DNA from: Camelus ferus
Lineage: Eukaryota
Reading direction: 5' to 3'
NCBI RefSeq assembly: GCF_009834535.1
Contig: NC_045713.1
Coordinates: 13,454,001 to 13,518,000 of the forward strand
DNA: 64,000 nt
Shown: one piece after another, positions 22,271 to 50,990 of the stretch
How the letters are laid out: every line of letters begins with the position of its first letter
Numbering within the stretch: the first letter of the stretch is position 1
The notes under the pieces: generated by a model
What the model was told of the DNA's origin: nothing
Seen by the model: the letters and a program-made list of their open reading frames with translations, nothing else
Database searches by the model: none
Position numbers and translations under genes: made by a program

Positions 22271-23699
22271 GGTTTGTGCTTTTTGATTGACTTGCAACAT
22301 GTGGCTGGGAACACAGTTCTTTTTCTAAAACACCTTTATTGAAATGTGATTCCCACACCATAAAAGTCAACCATTACCAGTATACAACTCAGTGATTCTT
22401 ATTAAATTTGTATAGTGCAGCCACACCCACAGTCCAGCTTTAGAACATTCTCGAACAGTATATGGTCTTCTGTCTCCTTTTGCACTGAGTGTGTTTTCAG
22501 GGTTCATGCACATGGTGGTGTGTCAGTGCTGCGTTATTGTTACAGCTGATCAATACTTTTTTATGCTTTTTTTTATGCATTTGCCACATTTGTTGACATC
22601 TGGCTTGTTTCTATTTTGGGGTTATTGTGAATAATGTTGCCATGAACATTTGTGTATGAGTTTTTGTGTGGATATAGGTTTCGTTCCTCTTGGGTGGGCT
22701 CTCAGGAGTGGAACTGCTGGCTGACATAGTATTTATGTCTTAATTTTTTTAAACACTGTTTTCCAAAATGATTGTTTCATTTTACAAAGTATGAGAATTC
22801 CAGTTCCACATTCCATCAGTATTTGGTATGGTCAGTTTTGTTTTGTTGTTTTGAGCTGTTCTGTTTCTCTGACAATTCATGTTGGGCACCTTTTCATCTG
22901 TTTATTGGCATTTTTATATCTACGGTGAAATGTCTAAGACTTTTGCCCATTTTTTAAATTGAGCTGTGTTCCTACTGAGTTATAAGACTAGATATCATGG
23001 ATACAAGACTATAAGCTATGGACTATCAGAGATAACATTTGCAGATATTTTTCCATTTGTGGCTTGTCTCCGTTTTTTTAAATGTTGGCTTTTGAAGTAC
23101 AAAAGTTTATTTTAATTAAGTCCAATTGATCAGTTTTTTTCTTCCATGGCTTATGATTTTGATGTGGTGTCTAAGAATTCTACCCAACCCAAGATCACAA
23201 AGATCTTCTAATCAAGGAATATAGAGTATCTAGCCATTTACTTGGATCTTCTTTCGCTTAGCTTTTTTTTTTTTTTTTGTAGTTTACAGTGTATAAATCT
23301 GCTACTACTTTTGATAAAGTAATTTCTAAGTATTTTATTTTGATGCTATTGTGAATGGAATTTTCTTAATTTCATTTTCAGATTGTCATTAGTATGTATA
23401 AACATAGCAGGTTTCTGTTATATTGCATCCCAGGACCTTGCTAAACTTACTAGTTTCAGGTATGTTTGTGTATCTGGACTCCTTAAGATCAGCTCCATAC
23501 AGGGTCCCATCTGTGAAGGACACTTTTACATCCTCCTTCCCAGTGTGCACGCTGCCTTCTGTGTGTGCCTTAACTGCAGGTCTAGTACAATGTTGAGAAG
23601 TGGCAAGAGCGGGTCCCCTTGTCTTGTTCCTGATTTTACAGGGAAGAATTCAGTCATTCACCATGAATTAGGAGCCCAGCTTGTGGTCTTCACAGATGC

Positions 23700-24144
23700 T
23701 GTCCCAAACACAGATGTCCATGTCCTTATCCCTGGAATTGTGATTGTGTCCGGTTACATGGCAAAGGGGAAATGAGGTTGCTAATCAGCTGACCGTAAGA
23801 TAAACATGGATTTTCCAGGAGGCCCCAATGTAGTTACAAGGGTCCTTAAAAGTGGAAGAGGGGATCAGAAGAGGTCGGTGTGAGACAATGAGAGGACTCA
23901 ACCCACAGCTGCTGACTTTCGAAGTGAAGGGAGGTGGTCAGGAGCCAAGGAATGCAGGCGTCTCTAGCAGTAGGAAAGGGCAAGGAAAGTCCCTGGCAGC
24001 CTCCAGAAGGAACAGCTCTGCTGACACTTTTAGTCCCATGAGAATCATGTGAGACCTCTGATCTCCAGAACTGTCAGATGATACACTTGTGATGTTTTGA
24101 ACTACGTATGTAATGATCTGATACAGCAGCATTTGGAAATTAAC
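23700..24144 (+). mobile_element. MaLR solo LTR (MLT1-type)
   Basis: gatgtccatgtccttatccctgg, ttacatggcaaaggg, gagccaaggaatgcagg, gcctccagaaggaacagc...tgacac. TG...CA ends with a near-perfect 5-bp TSD (GATGC/GATGT). Confidence 0.85.
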
Positions 24145-24446
24145 AGATGTCCTTTATCAGGTTGAAAAGGTTCTCATCTATTCCTAGTTTGTTGACATTT
24201 TTTAATCACAAGTGGGTGTGGGATTTTTGCCAGATATTTTCCTGCATCTATTGAGATGATCTTGTGAATTCTGCCCTTTATCCTGTGAAAATGGTTTATT
24301 ATGTTAACTGGTTTTTAGATGTTTAACCAACCTTGCATTCCTGTGATAAATCCTGCTTGGCCATGGTGTATGTTGCTGTATTTCAGTTGCTAATATTTTA
24401 AGGATTTTACAACCATGTTCATGTGAGACACATGATCTCTGGGTTT

Positions 24447-24470
24447 TGTGTGTGTGTGTGTGTGTGTGTG
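24447..24470. repeat. (TG)12 microsatellite
   Basis: Direct reading. Confidence 0.95.
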
Positions 24471-27109
24471 ATGTCTTTTACTTTGGTATCAGGATAACAC
24501 TAGCCTCTCAAAATGAGTTGGGAAGTGTTCCCACCTGTATTTTCTGAGAGATTGTAAGTGACTGGTGTTACTGATAGCATGTACTGGTGAAGCCACATGG
24601 ACCTGAGCTTTCCTTTGTATAAAGACTTAAGACTTTAGTTAAATCAGTTTCAGTGATTTGTGTCTTTCTAGGGATTTGTCCGTTTCATCTAGTTTGTTGG
24701 TACAGTCTCCCTGGTACTCCCTTATAAGGCCTGTTCATTTCTGTAGAATTAGTAGTGATGTCCCCTCTTTCATTCATGATTTTGTTAATTGGTGTGTTAT
24801 TTTGTTGATCAGTGGTTTTTCTGTTTCACTGATTTCCTTGCTAATCATTCTTTCTTTCTGCTTCCCTTGGGGTTTGTTTGCTCTTCTTTAGTGTTTTAAG
24901 GTAGAAGCTGAGATTTTTTTAATTGAGGCCTTCCTTTTCTCATACAGGTGTTAAAAAACGGTACATCATTCTGTACCACTGCTTTAGCTGTATCCCACAC
25001 ATTTTGATATACTGTGTTTTCATTTTCACCCACACACTATTTAGATGTGTTATTTAACTTCCAAACATGGGGGGCTTTCAGACTTCTGTTGTAGATATCT
25101 AATTCCACTGGAGTTTTTTTTCCACTGAAATTAAGCAAAGTATATTCTCTGTCTTTTAAAATTTATTGTGATTTGTCTTGTGGTCTGTGATATCATCTGT
25201 CCTGGAAGAATGTTCCATGAGCACCTGAAAATGATGGTGGAATGTTCTATAAACAGGTTCAGCCAAGTGACAGTGTCCTGTTATCAAATGGAGTATTAAA
25301 AATCTGCACTATTGCTGAATTATCTATTTTCCCTTTCAGTTTCTAAAATTCTTTCCCCCACTGACTACCCTACCACCCCTGCCCATTCAAACTAGATACT
25401 AGATGTTCATTCCTTCAATAGAAGATTGTTAGAACAGAAATCAGAAAAAAGAAATTATTGGTTGCAGAGCTTAACAAAGCAAGATTCTAGCCTAAAAATA
25501 CTAACAAAGATATTTTTTAAAAACTCTTCGAGCTCAGAGAGCAGGAGAAAGGCTGGAGAAGGAAGGGAGAGACAGAACCAGGTGTTCTGCTACCTGAGTG
25601 GAACCCCAGATGGGCTTGAGGGCCCGAGAGCGGAGGTTGACCCTGACCTCTGCTGAGGGCTGACTGTTCAAGCATACAAACACAGTGGAAAGGGTGTGTG
25701 TGTCCTGGGGGCACACATGGGGGCAGGGCCAGCCTTCCTCTCTGGATCTACAGCCCCTGGGCCAGGCTCTCCCGGATCCACCGAGATCCATCTGTCTCCG
25801 CTGCCCCAGCTCGGAACCAATCTCCGTACAAGTGGATGGTCCTGGACGAGCCTCTCCTTTACGGTTTCACTGACATTAATAATTACAAGTTTCGTATTAC
25901 TAGAGGTGAGGGCTGTACAACATTGTGAATTACTAAATGCCACTGAATTGTACGCTCAGTTAATTGTGTGCTGTATGACTCTCCCCTCAATTTAAATAAA
26001 AATAAATTTAAAGGGTTCTAATTAAAGAAATGCAGTCACTACTAAAACCTAAGCAATTTTATAGCTGAAGAGAAACAGACCACACTGGGACAGCACGTGA
26101 CAAATGCAGGGCAGGTGGGCGGCTATTGGGAAAACAGTGAGGACTTGGCCAGGCCAGTGTGATGGCCAGGGGAAGGAAGACCACCACCCCTGGGGCGTGT
26201 CCCAGAGGGTCAGACTAAATACACAGGGACGAAGCCTGGTGAGAGACAGAGTCTCTACTCAGGGAAACAGGTGACAGAATGGTTAGGAAATGCTTCATAA
26301 AAATCCTCAGAGGAAAGAAGGTGGGCACTGGGTCAGGAATCAGCAACAGGTAGTGAGAACACCTGGGCTGTTTATTTCCTATGGAGTAGCATCAGTCCAC
26401 CTGTACAGGTGCCTGGGAGGAAATAAACGAGGAATCGTGAAAGTTACCGCAGCCAGGGCATAGTGCTTCCCAGCGGACGCTGCAGGGGACTTTTTAGCTT
26501 TACGGTCTCTTTAGGAAAAAGGCTGGGATGGGATGAGAGGTCCCTGGGGAACTGAGAAAGCATGGAGCCCAAAGTGAGAGGACACAACCAAGGGCTCTGC
26601 TGGGAAGGGGGAAGGGACACAAACGTGCACGTCAGAGACACGAAGACTTTACAGGCCGGATTTGAAAATGCAGGAAATAAAAAACTTAGATAAGTGGCTG
26701 AAGAACAGAAGTAACAGCCCTTATAACCATGAAGAAACAGGATCACTAGTTTTAAAAACACCCACAAAAGAAAACACTGGGCTCAGACTAGAATTACCTC
26801 CTACAAATGCCCCAGGAGGTGAGGAGACTTTCCACGACACCTTAGCATTTCCGAAACCAGGCAGAGACGGTACAAGAGTGAACCAGCGGCCGAAGTTCTG
26901 ACGAAAGGGGATTTTGCCCAAGATACGGCAACACCACTGAAAACCGTTTGCACCATCCCCCAGACCGAAGGAGATGCGATGAGACCCCAACTCGGACAAC
27001 GCGCAAGCCAGGAAGACAGCTCACTGCGATGACCACAGCTACGCAGGCCATGCACCAACCTGCAGGGGCCAGCTGGCGGCTTCCTCCGGGGAACACCCCC
27101 CTCTAGACC

Positions 27110-27830
27110 ACCCTACCCTCCTGACATTGGCTCACTCTCCTGGCTTCAGGACTCACCATGTGCTAGAGACACTTTCAACCTGACGTGCCAAAACCCGGCC
27201 ACACAGGTCTCAGCCCCTCAGTCTCCCCTTCCCGGGAAATGGACATGGACTCCCAACTCAGCACTCAGCTCAGAGCCAGCCTGGGACCAAGTGCTGCTGC
27301 CTCCACCTCGGCTCCCACTGGGAACCCGCCGCTCTACCACCTCAACCAGCACCGCCGGTCTCCTTGCTAGTGGGCCTGCCATCACACCTGAGAAATCTGG
27401 GTAAAGGTCAGCTCTGATCCCATGTCTGCACAGCTCAGAGTGGACACCAGGGTCCTCACACGGCCTATACACTGACCCACCTTATCACTGCTCCCCACCC
27501 CCTCCTCTGGCTCAGCTCAGCTCAGCCACACTGGCCTCTTGCTCTTCTGCAGACCGGCCCCAGGGCCTTTGCACTTGTTTTCTCCCAGATATCTGCATGG
27601 CTCCCTCTGTCCATCCCCTCAAGTTTTACTCACCTCGTCAAGGCCACCCCTGGCCACCCACCCTATTTAAGGACGACGTCGGCAGCTCTCTCTGCACCTT
27701 TTCCTGCTTCACCTTCTCCCTGGTACCTCCTCTGTCTGACCTGCCCAGTGTTCCACTCACCTGATAGAGAGTGGTATTCCTGCACCAAGACAGGGATTTC
27801 CATCTGTTCCCTCTGAATCCGCAAAGCAGC
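27110..27830 (+). mobile_element. L2 LINE 3' fragment
   Basis: cagccacactggcctcttgct...cagggcctttgcacttg...cccagatatctgcatggctc...ccaccctattta matches L2 3' motifs. Confidence 0.65.
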
Positions 27831-28189
27831 CTGCCATCTGCCACATCATCAGCATTCAGATATTTTTTAAACCAATGAAGTCGGGAATGAAGGCCACTGT
27901 GCCTGCTCGCCTCACTTCAACACAGGAGATGCAGGAAACAAAAGTGCCAGTGACAGTACCACAAAGGCCCACAGAACAGTTGCCATTAGGGTGAGCAAGC
28001 TTAGCGGGGCTCCCAGGGACAAGGGTGACTGCCCTCCTGCGCACTCCTGACCTCAGGAGAGACCTAAAAAAAGACGCCATTTACAACAGCATCAAAACAA
28101 AGCACCTGGGGCCAGAGTTCCAGAGAGCCGGCCTCCAGAGAGGGAGTTACAAACCCTGGTGGGAAAGGCATCCGCTGCACAGCCGTGTG

Positions 28190-28800
28190 TCCAGACTTCC
28201 CCCTGGTTTGGGAAGGGAGCCTCTGATTCCTTGGAGTGACCTGAGGGGTGGGTACTCGTTAGTCACAGTAGCCCCGGCCACCCGAGTTGACACTAATGAG
28301 GTGACTAAATGGAGGCTGTCACCGGGCAGAACCACCCTGTGATCAGAGGGTGGGACGTCCTGGGAGGAGGGGCTGGAGTTCAGGCCAGGGATGACACAGT
28401 GACACCCCAAACCAACTAGACAGGGAGGCTCAGCGGGACGTGCCAGGAGGGTGGTGTGCTGGAGGGACGGCACTCGGCCCAGATCCTCCCCACCTTGCGT
28501 GTGGGTCTTTTTACTTGTCCGGTCCTGTTTTGTGTCTGTTATAATAAGACTGTAAAATCGTAAGTCTAGTGCTTCCCTGGATTCTGAGTCGTCCTAGTGA
28601 GCTGCTGAATCCAAGGGGGGATCATGAGAACCTCTGAACTTGTCGCCAGTTGGTCAGAAGTGCGCGTGGCCTGGGGACCCCCAGCTTATGGCCAGTGTCC
28701 GAGGTGAGGGCAGCCTTGATGGGGGACTGTGCCCCTCCCCTGTGGTAGTGCTGACGCTGCTGGTCGGCAGCAGAGCTGCCCTGCACACACAGCATGACAG
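28190..28800 (+). mobile_element. MER21-like ERVL solo LTR
   Basis: ataataagactgtaaaatcgtaagtctagtgcttccctggattctgagtcgtcctagtga...ccagttggtcagaagtg resembles MER21-family LTRs (from memory). Confidence 0.55.
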
Positions 28801-31662
28801 CATTGCAGACCCAAGTGGCTGCACCAGCAGCGTGTTCATAATTCGCAACTCTCCACATCACAACAAGCCACTTCTTCCAATCTAGCGGGTCCACATTTCT
28901 CCAGTGCAAATCCCAGACGTAAATATCCTGATATTTACACATACGAGCAAAGGACCAAGACTCCCTTGATGGATGTGGTTGGGCAAGCCCCTTGCTGGAA
29001 ATGAACTGTCCTAAAGCTGTCATAACAGGGAACCTGGGGCCGACGTCAGGACAGACAGACATACCAGTGGAATGCAGAGCCATGAAACAGGTCTGAACCC
29101 CTGGACGCCGGCTCACCAGGGCTGGCAGTGCCCAGGGCAAGGGGCACCGGGCGACCCATCTCCCAGCCACCAGCATAAATAGCATGGTAAAAAGAATCAC
29201 AAACCGGAATGTGAAAAGTAAAACAAAGAACTAGTGGATGAAATACAGGAAGGCGTCAGAGGCAGGAAAGGGTAGTTAAACAGGACACAAAAGCATTTAC
29301 CATGAAGGAAAAAAATATACATTTGACTACATTAAATTAAGAATTTCTTCAACGAGACACCAGAGTGTAAAGCCAGCAACAAACTAGGAGAAAACTGCAA
29401 ACATACAGAATCAAACGTGCAATATGAAACAAAGGACTCCTACTGATCAGTAAGAAACACAAACCTGATAGAAAACCAGGGAAGAAACCTAAGAGGCAGC
29501 TCCCAAGTGAGGAAATCCAAGCGGCCAGTAAGTGTGTGAAAAGCAGTCAGCCTCCCGCGTAACCAGGTGACACATGTGGAACCTCCACAAGGCGCCTTCC
29601 ATGCCCCGGACTGAGAGCGGCGGGCGCAGCGGGACGGGCCAGCTTTACCAGCTGGGCTGGATGCTCTCTGAAGCACTCTCTCCACCGGCCGGCGTCCGCT
29701 TCTTGGGGCAGCCCAGGCCTGGACAAGAGCACGTCAAAGCCATGCATCGCAGACACAGGACACTGGCCACAAGTCCAACCCAGAACTCAGAGGAGGGAAG
29801 CGGGACCTTGGCAGGCACCTGTGGGAGAGGGGCCTTGTGGCAGCTGGTTCCAAAAAATACCACCCACCCTTACCGCAGCCTTTGTGCTGCTGGTGGGAAC
29901 TGGCGATGAGCTCCACATCCCCAGGGAGGGGCTGTCAGCAACACAAGGGCCACCTGGGGGGTGGGGCAACACTCACAGGCCCACAGCAATCCTCATGCTG
30001 GCCTTGGGCATCACAAAGCAAGGGATCCCAAGCCGACTGCACCAGCATTTCCAGTTAGCGGTACAAAGCTATGAAATGAAGCGTCTAGAAGGACTCATGC
30101 AAACCCCTCCACACCCCAGGTCGTGGGGGGCTGCTGGTCACAGGGAGCTTTGGCTCCACCTAGAACATCATCTTTGGACAGGAATGACTGTGATCCTCAT
30201 GCAATTTTTAAATCTCCTGGACTCCCGGCTGTGTGGCCCACACAGGCAGCTGCAGAGTGACACAGGCCCGAGCTTAGATAGTGCAGGGACCTGAGGAATC
30301 CAGGGAGATGGCGACAGACAACAGCACTGTGTCATGACTGGTCTGGATGAGGAGGGAAGGGCACGACCTCAAAGGGAGCGGGCAGAGGGTCTCAGCTGGA
30401 CAGAAAAGTGTTCAGTGAGCATCACCGCGGCGGGTGAGGCCAGGAGACTCACATGACCCGCTCAGCGAGCAAAGCTGTCACAAACCCTGGGTCCTGGCAC
30501 TGTTCCTGTCACAGACCAAGGTCAGACAGAAAACCTCCAGGTCTAGAAATGGGTTGGTTGGGTACAGACAGCCCATCTTCCCAGCAGCCCTTCCTGCCTC
30601 CAACTGTTCCCATGTCTGGACCGTGTGCCCCCAAGTCTCATCCCTCCTTCCTCCCGCCTCAGGGCCCTGGGTGCTATCACGACCCACTGGGCCGGCTAGG
30701 ATCTCCCAGCGGCTCTGCCTGAGACATGACTCGATGTAATCAGAGCCACCTGGTTCCCCAGGGTCCAAGACCAGCCAGAGACTGCAGACAAAGGGACCCA
30801 GCCTAGCACAGCTGCTTCCCAGGACAGCGCATTTCAAGTTTCTCAAGCAAGAGCAGAAGGAATGGCTGCAGAGCAGGGACGCCCAGACCACCACCTCAAG
30901 ATTAGGCTTCCCCCATGCTGCCACCAGGAGGAAGGACTCGGAGCCCTCTCCCTGCCGGCGACCTGAGAGGATCAGACCTCAGGCAGGGGCAGCGCAGGGC
31001 CAACAGTTCTGTCTGATAGCCCTGGGCTCCACGCATCCCCACTGCAGACACACATCCCGGCATTCCTGCGTCAGCTCCTGTGCCCACTCAAGGAACAGTG
31101 CCCCATGCTGGTTGCTGGGAGCGTCCCCAGGACAGGCCAGCCTTCAGAGGGACGGACGTGCAGAGCTTGGAGCTCCTCTGGCACCAGGTGCCCCAGGCTC
31201 CCAGCCACACACTCCCAGCCCGAGGCCCCGGCCCAGCCCTGCAGTGCAGGAATGTCTTCAGCATTGCCCCAGCCTCTGGCCTCGAGCATGCAGATGTACA
31301 TCAATGACCACTTGCTGCCCCAGCCCAGGTAGGCGCTCAAGGCCGAGCCCTGGGGTCCTGCTGCCTGTCAACATGGACGAGTCGTTGTGAAGATGAGTTG
31401 TGAGATAAGTCTAGAGGTGAGGGGATGATGCCATGCAGCGGTGGGAAAAGAGGGGAGCGTGCCCCTCCCAGGGGCTTGTTCTGGAAAGTCCGGACTTGAA
31501 GCACCGAAAATACAGGGCCTGCCGGCCTCGGCGGGGGCAGAGGGGCCACTCTTGTTGAGGCAGCATGTAGGGGTTCACAAGGCAACTGTGGGGACCCCAT
31601 GGACAGACCGGAGACAACACACAGTCTGCAAGCAGAGCTTCCAGGAATAAACACTTTCTAAA

Positions 31663-31668
31663 CTTATT
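31663..31668 (-). terminator. Candidate variant poly(A) signal AATAAG for HAGH
   Basis: I found no canonical hexamer on the HAGH strand near the stop. AATAAG lies about 190 nt downstream of it and is followed by a GU-rich element (tgtgtgttgtct). Confidence 0.4.
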
Positions 31669-31853
31669 CTCTCATAAATATGCATTAGAACATTTGATAA
31701 CACAAGCAAAGGGCTCTAAAATTAACTTAAAATTAATCTGAGACTGAATTTCCTGCAGTCCTGGCTGGAAATTCACCTATAACAACTGAATACCCAAATG
31801 TGCTTGAAGGCAGAGGTGGCAGCAGCCACAGGCGCCCAGGCCTCACGGCCACG

Positions 31854-48507
<16,654 letters not shown>

Positions 48508-49018
48508 GACCAGGGCGGCGGGCGGGCGGCGGGCGGGCGGCGGCGCGTCGGGCGGGCGGGCTGCACAAGCCGGCGTCAGCACACCGCGGCCAATCACCGC
48601 CCGCCTCCCAGCCCCTCGCCAATTTGCGCTCACGCCAACTCCGTGCCCTCCGCCTGCCCCACATTCCGGCCAATTAGCGCCCTAGTCTCGCCCGAGCCCC
48701 CGGCCAATCAGGGCTCGCGTCCACAGCGGTACCTGCCCCGCGCCCGGCTGCCTCGGGCCTGAGGACGACGTGAGAGGCGGCGGTGGCCGGAGAGCTGCCC
48801 AAGAGCCTCCGCCACTCTCCTGGGACCAGGCCGCATCCCGAGGCCAGTCATTCCTGAGGCAGCCACTGGACAGCGGCTCCCAAGAGGACGTGCGCCGTGA
48901 CTCCCGAGCACTCGGCGGATTCAGCGGGATAGCGCTCCTAGGTAGTTGGTCCTCTCTGGGAAGCCGTAGGCGCCCAGTGGCAGAGTCCACGTGACTCCGG
49001 GGACAACGGGCAGAAGCC

Positions 49019-49684
49019 ATGGCTGCCACCAGGCCGCTGTCCCGCTTCTGGGAGTGGGGAAAGAACATCGTGTGCGTGGGCAGGAACTATGCGGATCACG
49101 TCAGGGAGATGCAGAGCGCGGTACTGAGCGAGCCGGTGCTCTTCCTGAAGCCGTCCACCGCCTACGCCCCCGAGGGCTCGCCGGTCCTGATGCCCGCCTA
49201 CAGCCGCAACCTGCACCATGAGCTCGAGCTGGGCGTAGTGATGGGCAAGCGCTGCCGCGCCGTCCCGGAGGCCGCGGCCATGGATTACGTGGCCGGCTAT
49301 GCCCTGTGCCTGGACATGACCGCCAGGGATGTGCAGGACGAGTGCAAGAAGAAGGGGCTGCCTTGGACTCTGGCCAAGAGCTTCACGGCCTCCTGCCCCG
49401 TCAGCGCGTTCGTGCCCAAAGAGAAGATCCCTGACCCTCACAACCTGAAGCTCTGGCTCAATGTCAACGGGGAACTCAGGCAGGAGGGTGAGACATCCTC
49501 CATGATTTTTTCCATCCCCTACATCATCAGCTACGTTTCTAAGATAATGACCTTGGAAGAAGGAGATATTATCTTGACCGGGACACCAAAGGGAGTAGGG
49601 CCTGTTAAAGAAAACGATGAGATCCAGGCTGGCATACACGGGGTCGTCAGTATGAAATTTAAAGTGGAAAGGCCAGAATATTAA
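49019..49684 (+). CDS. FAHD1: Fumarylacetoacetate hydrolase domain-containing protein 1 (mitochondrial oxaloacetate decarboxylase/acylpyruvase), single exon, 221 aa
   Basis: MAATRPLSRFWEWGKNIVCVGRNYADH...LFLKPSTAY...HHELELGVV...LDMTARDVQ...PWTLAKSF...GDIILTGTPKGVG...VERPEY*. Strong Kozak gccATGG; in-frame upstream TGA at 48992. Confidence 0.98.
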   Translation: MAATRPLSRFWEWGKNIVCVGRNYADHVREMQSAVLSEPVLFLKPSTAYAPEGSPVLMPAYSRNLHHELELGVVMGKRCRAVPEAAAMDYVAGYALCLDMTARDVQDECKKKGLPWTLAKSFTASCPVSAFVPKEKIPDPHNLKLWLNVNGELRQEGETSSMIFSIPYIISYVSKIMTLEEGDIILTGTPKGVGPVKENDEIQAGIHGVVSMKFKVERPEY

Positions 49685-49809
49685 GTCTATACAAAGCCCC
49701 CTAATTTATTAACACAAGTTTCAGGGCAGAAGAGAACGAGACAAAGCAAGCAAGCAAGCAAAGGTTATTTAATTAAATATGACATTTTTTAAATTAGAAG
49801 CCAATTTTT

Positions 49810-49890
49810 AAAATGATTGGATTAACTGAATCACAATGCTGTACACCATAAGTTACAACATTGTAAATCAACTATACTTCAAATAAAAAG
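49810..49890 (+). mobile_element. L1 3'-tail fragment carrying AATAAA (49882-49887) downstream of the FAHD1 stop
   Basis: taactgaatcacaatgctgtacacc...acaacattgtaaatcaactatacttcaaataaaaa, the typical L1 terminus. Confidence 0.7.
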
Positions 49891-50754
49891 GGGATGTAAA
49901 TTAATAAGTGATTGTATTGCTATACCTCAACCCAAGGAAGATGGACGCTCCAGGAAAAACCTGATCTAGAAGAGTTGGACCAGAAACAGAAATGAGAAAC
50001 AGTGCCTTCTAGGAAACAACAAACCACGTGCTCAGAAGACTTCCTCTCCTAAAACTCTACTGGATAAGACTTTTTTCATTGGGCCATTTCTGGGACCAGG
50101 TGTTCAAGACTTAATATCTGCAAAGGAAGCAGAAAAGTACGTTTCATCAGTGTTTCCCAAATTTTCTTGATCATGAAAATCATCTGGAGGTATTTAAAAA
50201 TAAAAATCTCCAAATTACTGGCCCATCCCAGGCCCAATGTATTAATGGAATTAATTAATCTCAAGTGCTCCAAGTGATTCTTATCACGGAAATGTAGAAA
50301 AACACTATTCCACATAATAGTTAATTAAAAGTTTTATTTAATAAGTGAGCAATTAATGAATACTTCATTTGTTTACTTAGGGGGTGTATTCTGGCCCACA
50401 GATTCTGAGTTTGGGAGATAATTTTGAAAGTATTGTTTCCCAAATGAGTATGCTGTCTTTTGTGTGGCCTAAAAGTATACTCCACCCCCACCCCAAATAG
50501 TGGTTAGGAGGAACACTTCCTTGTTAAGGGGCTTCAGACTTTGGTCTTTGGCCTTTGGCCTTGTGAGCACTGTGCTTTATTAACAGAGTTAATCAGCACC
50601 TATACCTCCCGCCCAGCTTCAGGGAGGTCAGATGTCCTGGGAGTGCTACTTTTGCTCTCACCTCCTCCCTTCTCTGACAAAAGCTAGGTGAGTGCACAGT
50701 ACAGCTATCAGAGTTCCTGGTGGAGTCCTTTAGGCTTAGGCAGGGGCTCCTGCT

Positions 50755-50990
50755 GGATTGTAATGCTTACTGAGCACTAAGTACTACTAGGCGCTGTACC
50801 AAGAGTTTTTTATGTATTATTTAATCTTCAAAAAAGTTGTGAGGTTGGTATTACTACCATCTCTGTTACACAGATGGAGACATAGATTTATAGGCTAGCC
50901 AGCCTGGCTGTATGGTCACTCAGCTGAGTGGCACAGCCAAGATGTAACCCAGCTATCCCAAGACCAAAACCTGAAGTCTTGACCACAATG
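50755..50990 (-). mobile_element. MIR SINE
   Basis: ttactgagcactaagtac...tattatttaatcttcaaaaaagttgtgaggttggtattac...tacacagatggaga is the reverse MIR core. Confidence 0.7.

Larger units (their letters stand above)
22320..25340 (-). mobile_element. Old L1 (L1MB/MC-like) 3' end and ORF2 remnant, interrupted by an MLT1 LTR
   Basis: Reverse-strand L1 hallmarks (tttattgaaatgtgattc, gataaatcctgcttggccatggtgta, gagttgggaagtgttccc). L1 sequence resumes colinearly after the LTR. Confidence 0.8.
26650..30300 (+). mobile_element. Very old, GC-shifted L1 (L1ME-like) ORF2 and 3' remnant with nested insertions
   Basis: Colinear L1 ORF2-like words (aaaacacccacaaaagaaaacactgggctcaga, gccatttacaacagcatcaaaac, tttgactacattaaattaagaatttct, tgctggtgggaa, cccacagcaatcc). 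Confidence 0.55.

Noticed and set aside
48990-49018. N-terminal extension of FAHD1 (human MGI- start)
   Set aside because: No upstream ATG, and an in-frame TGA at 48992-48994.
48938-49639. 233-aa antisense ORF opposite FAHD1
   Set aside because: Shadow of the GC-rich FAHD1 codons; no recognisable motifs.
49640-49655. Internal donor-like GTCAGT near the FAHD1 end
   Set aside because: I could not identify a partner downstream exon from sequence alone.
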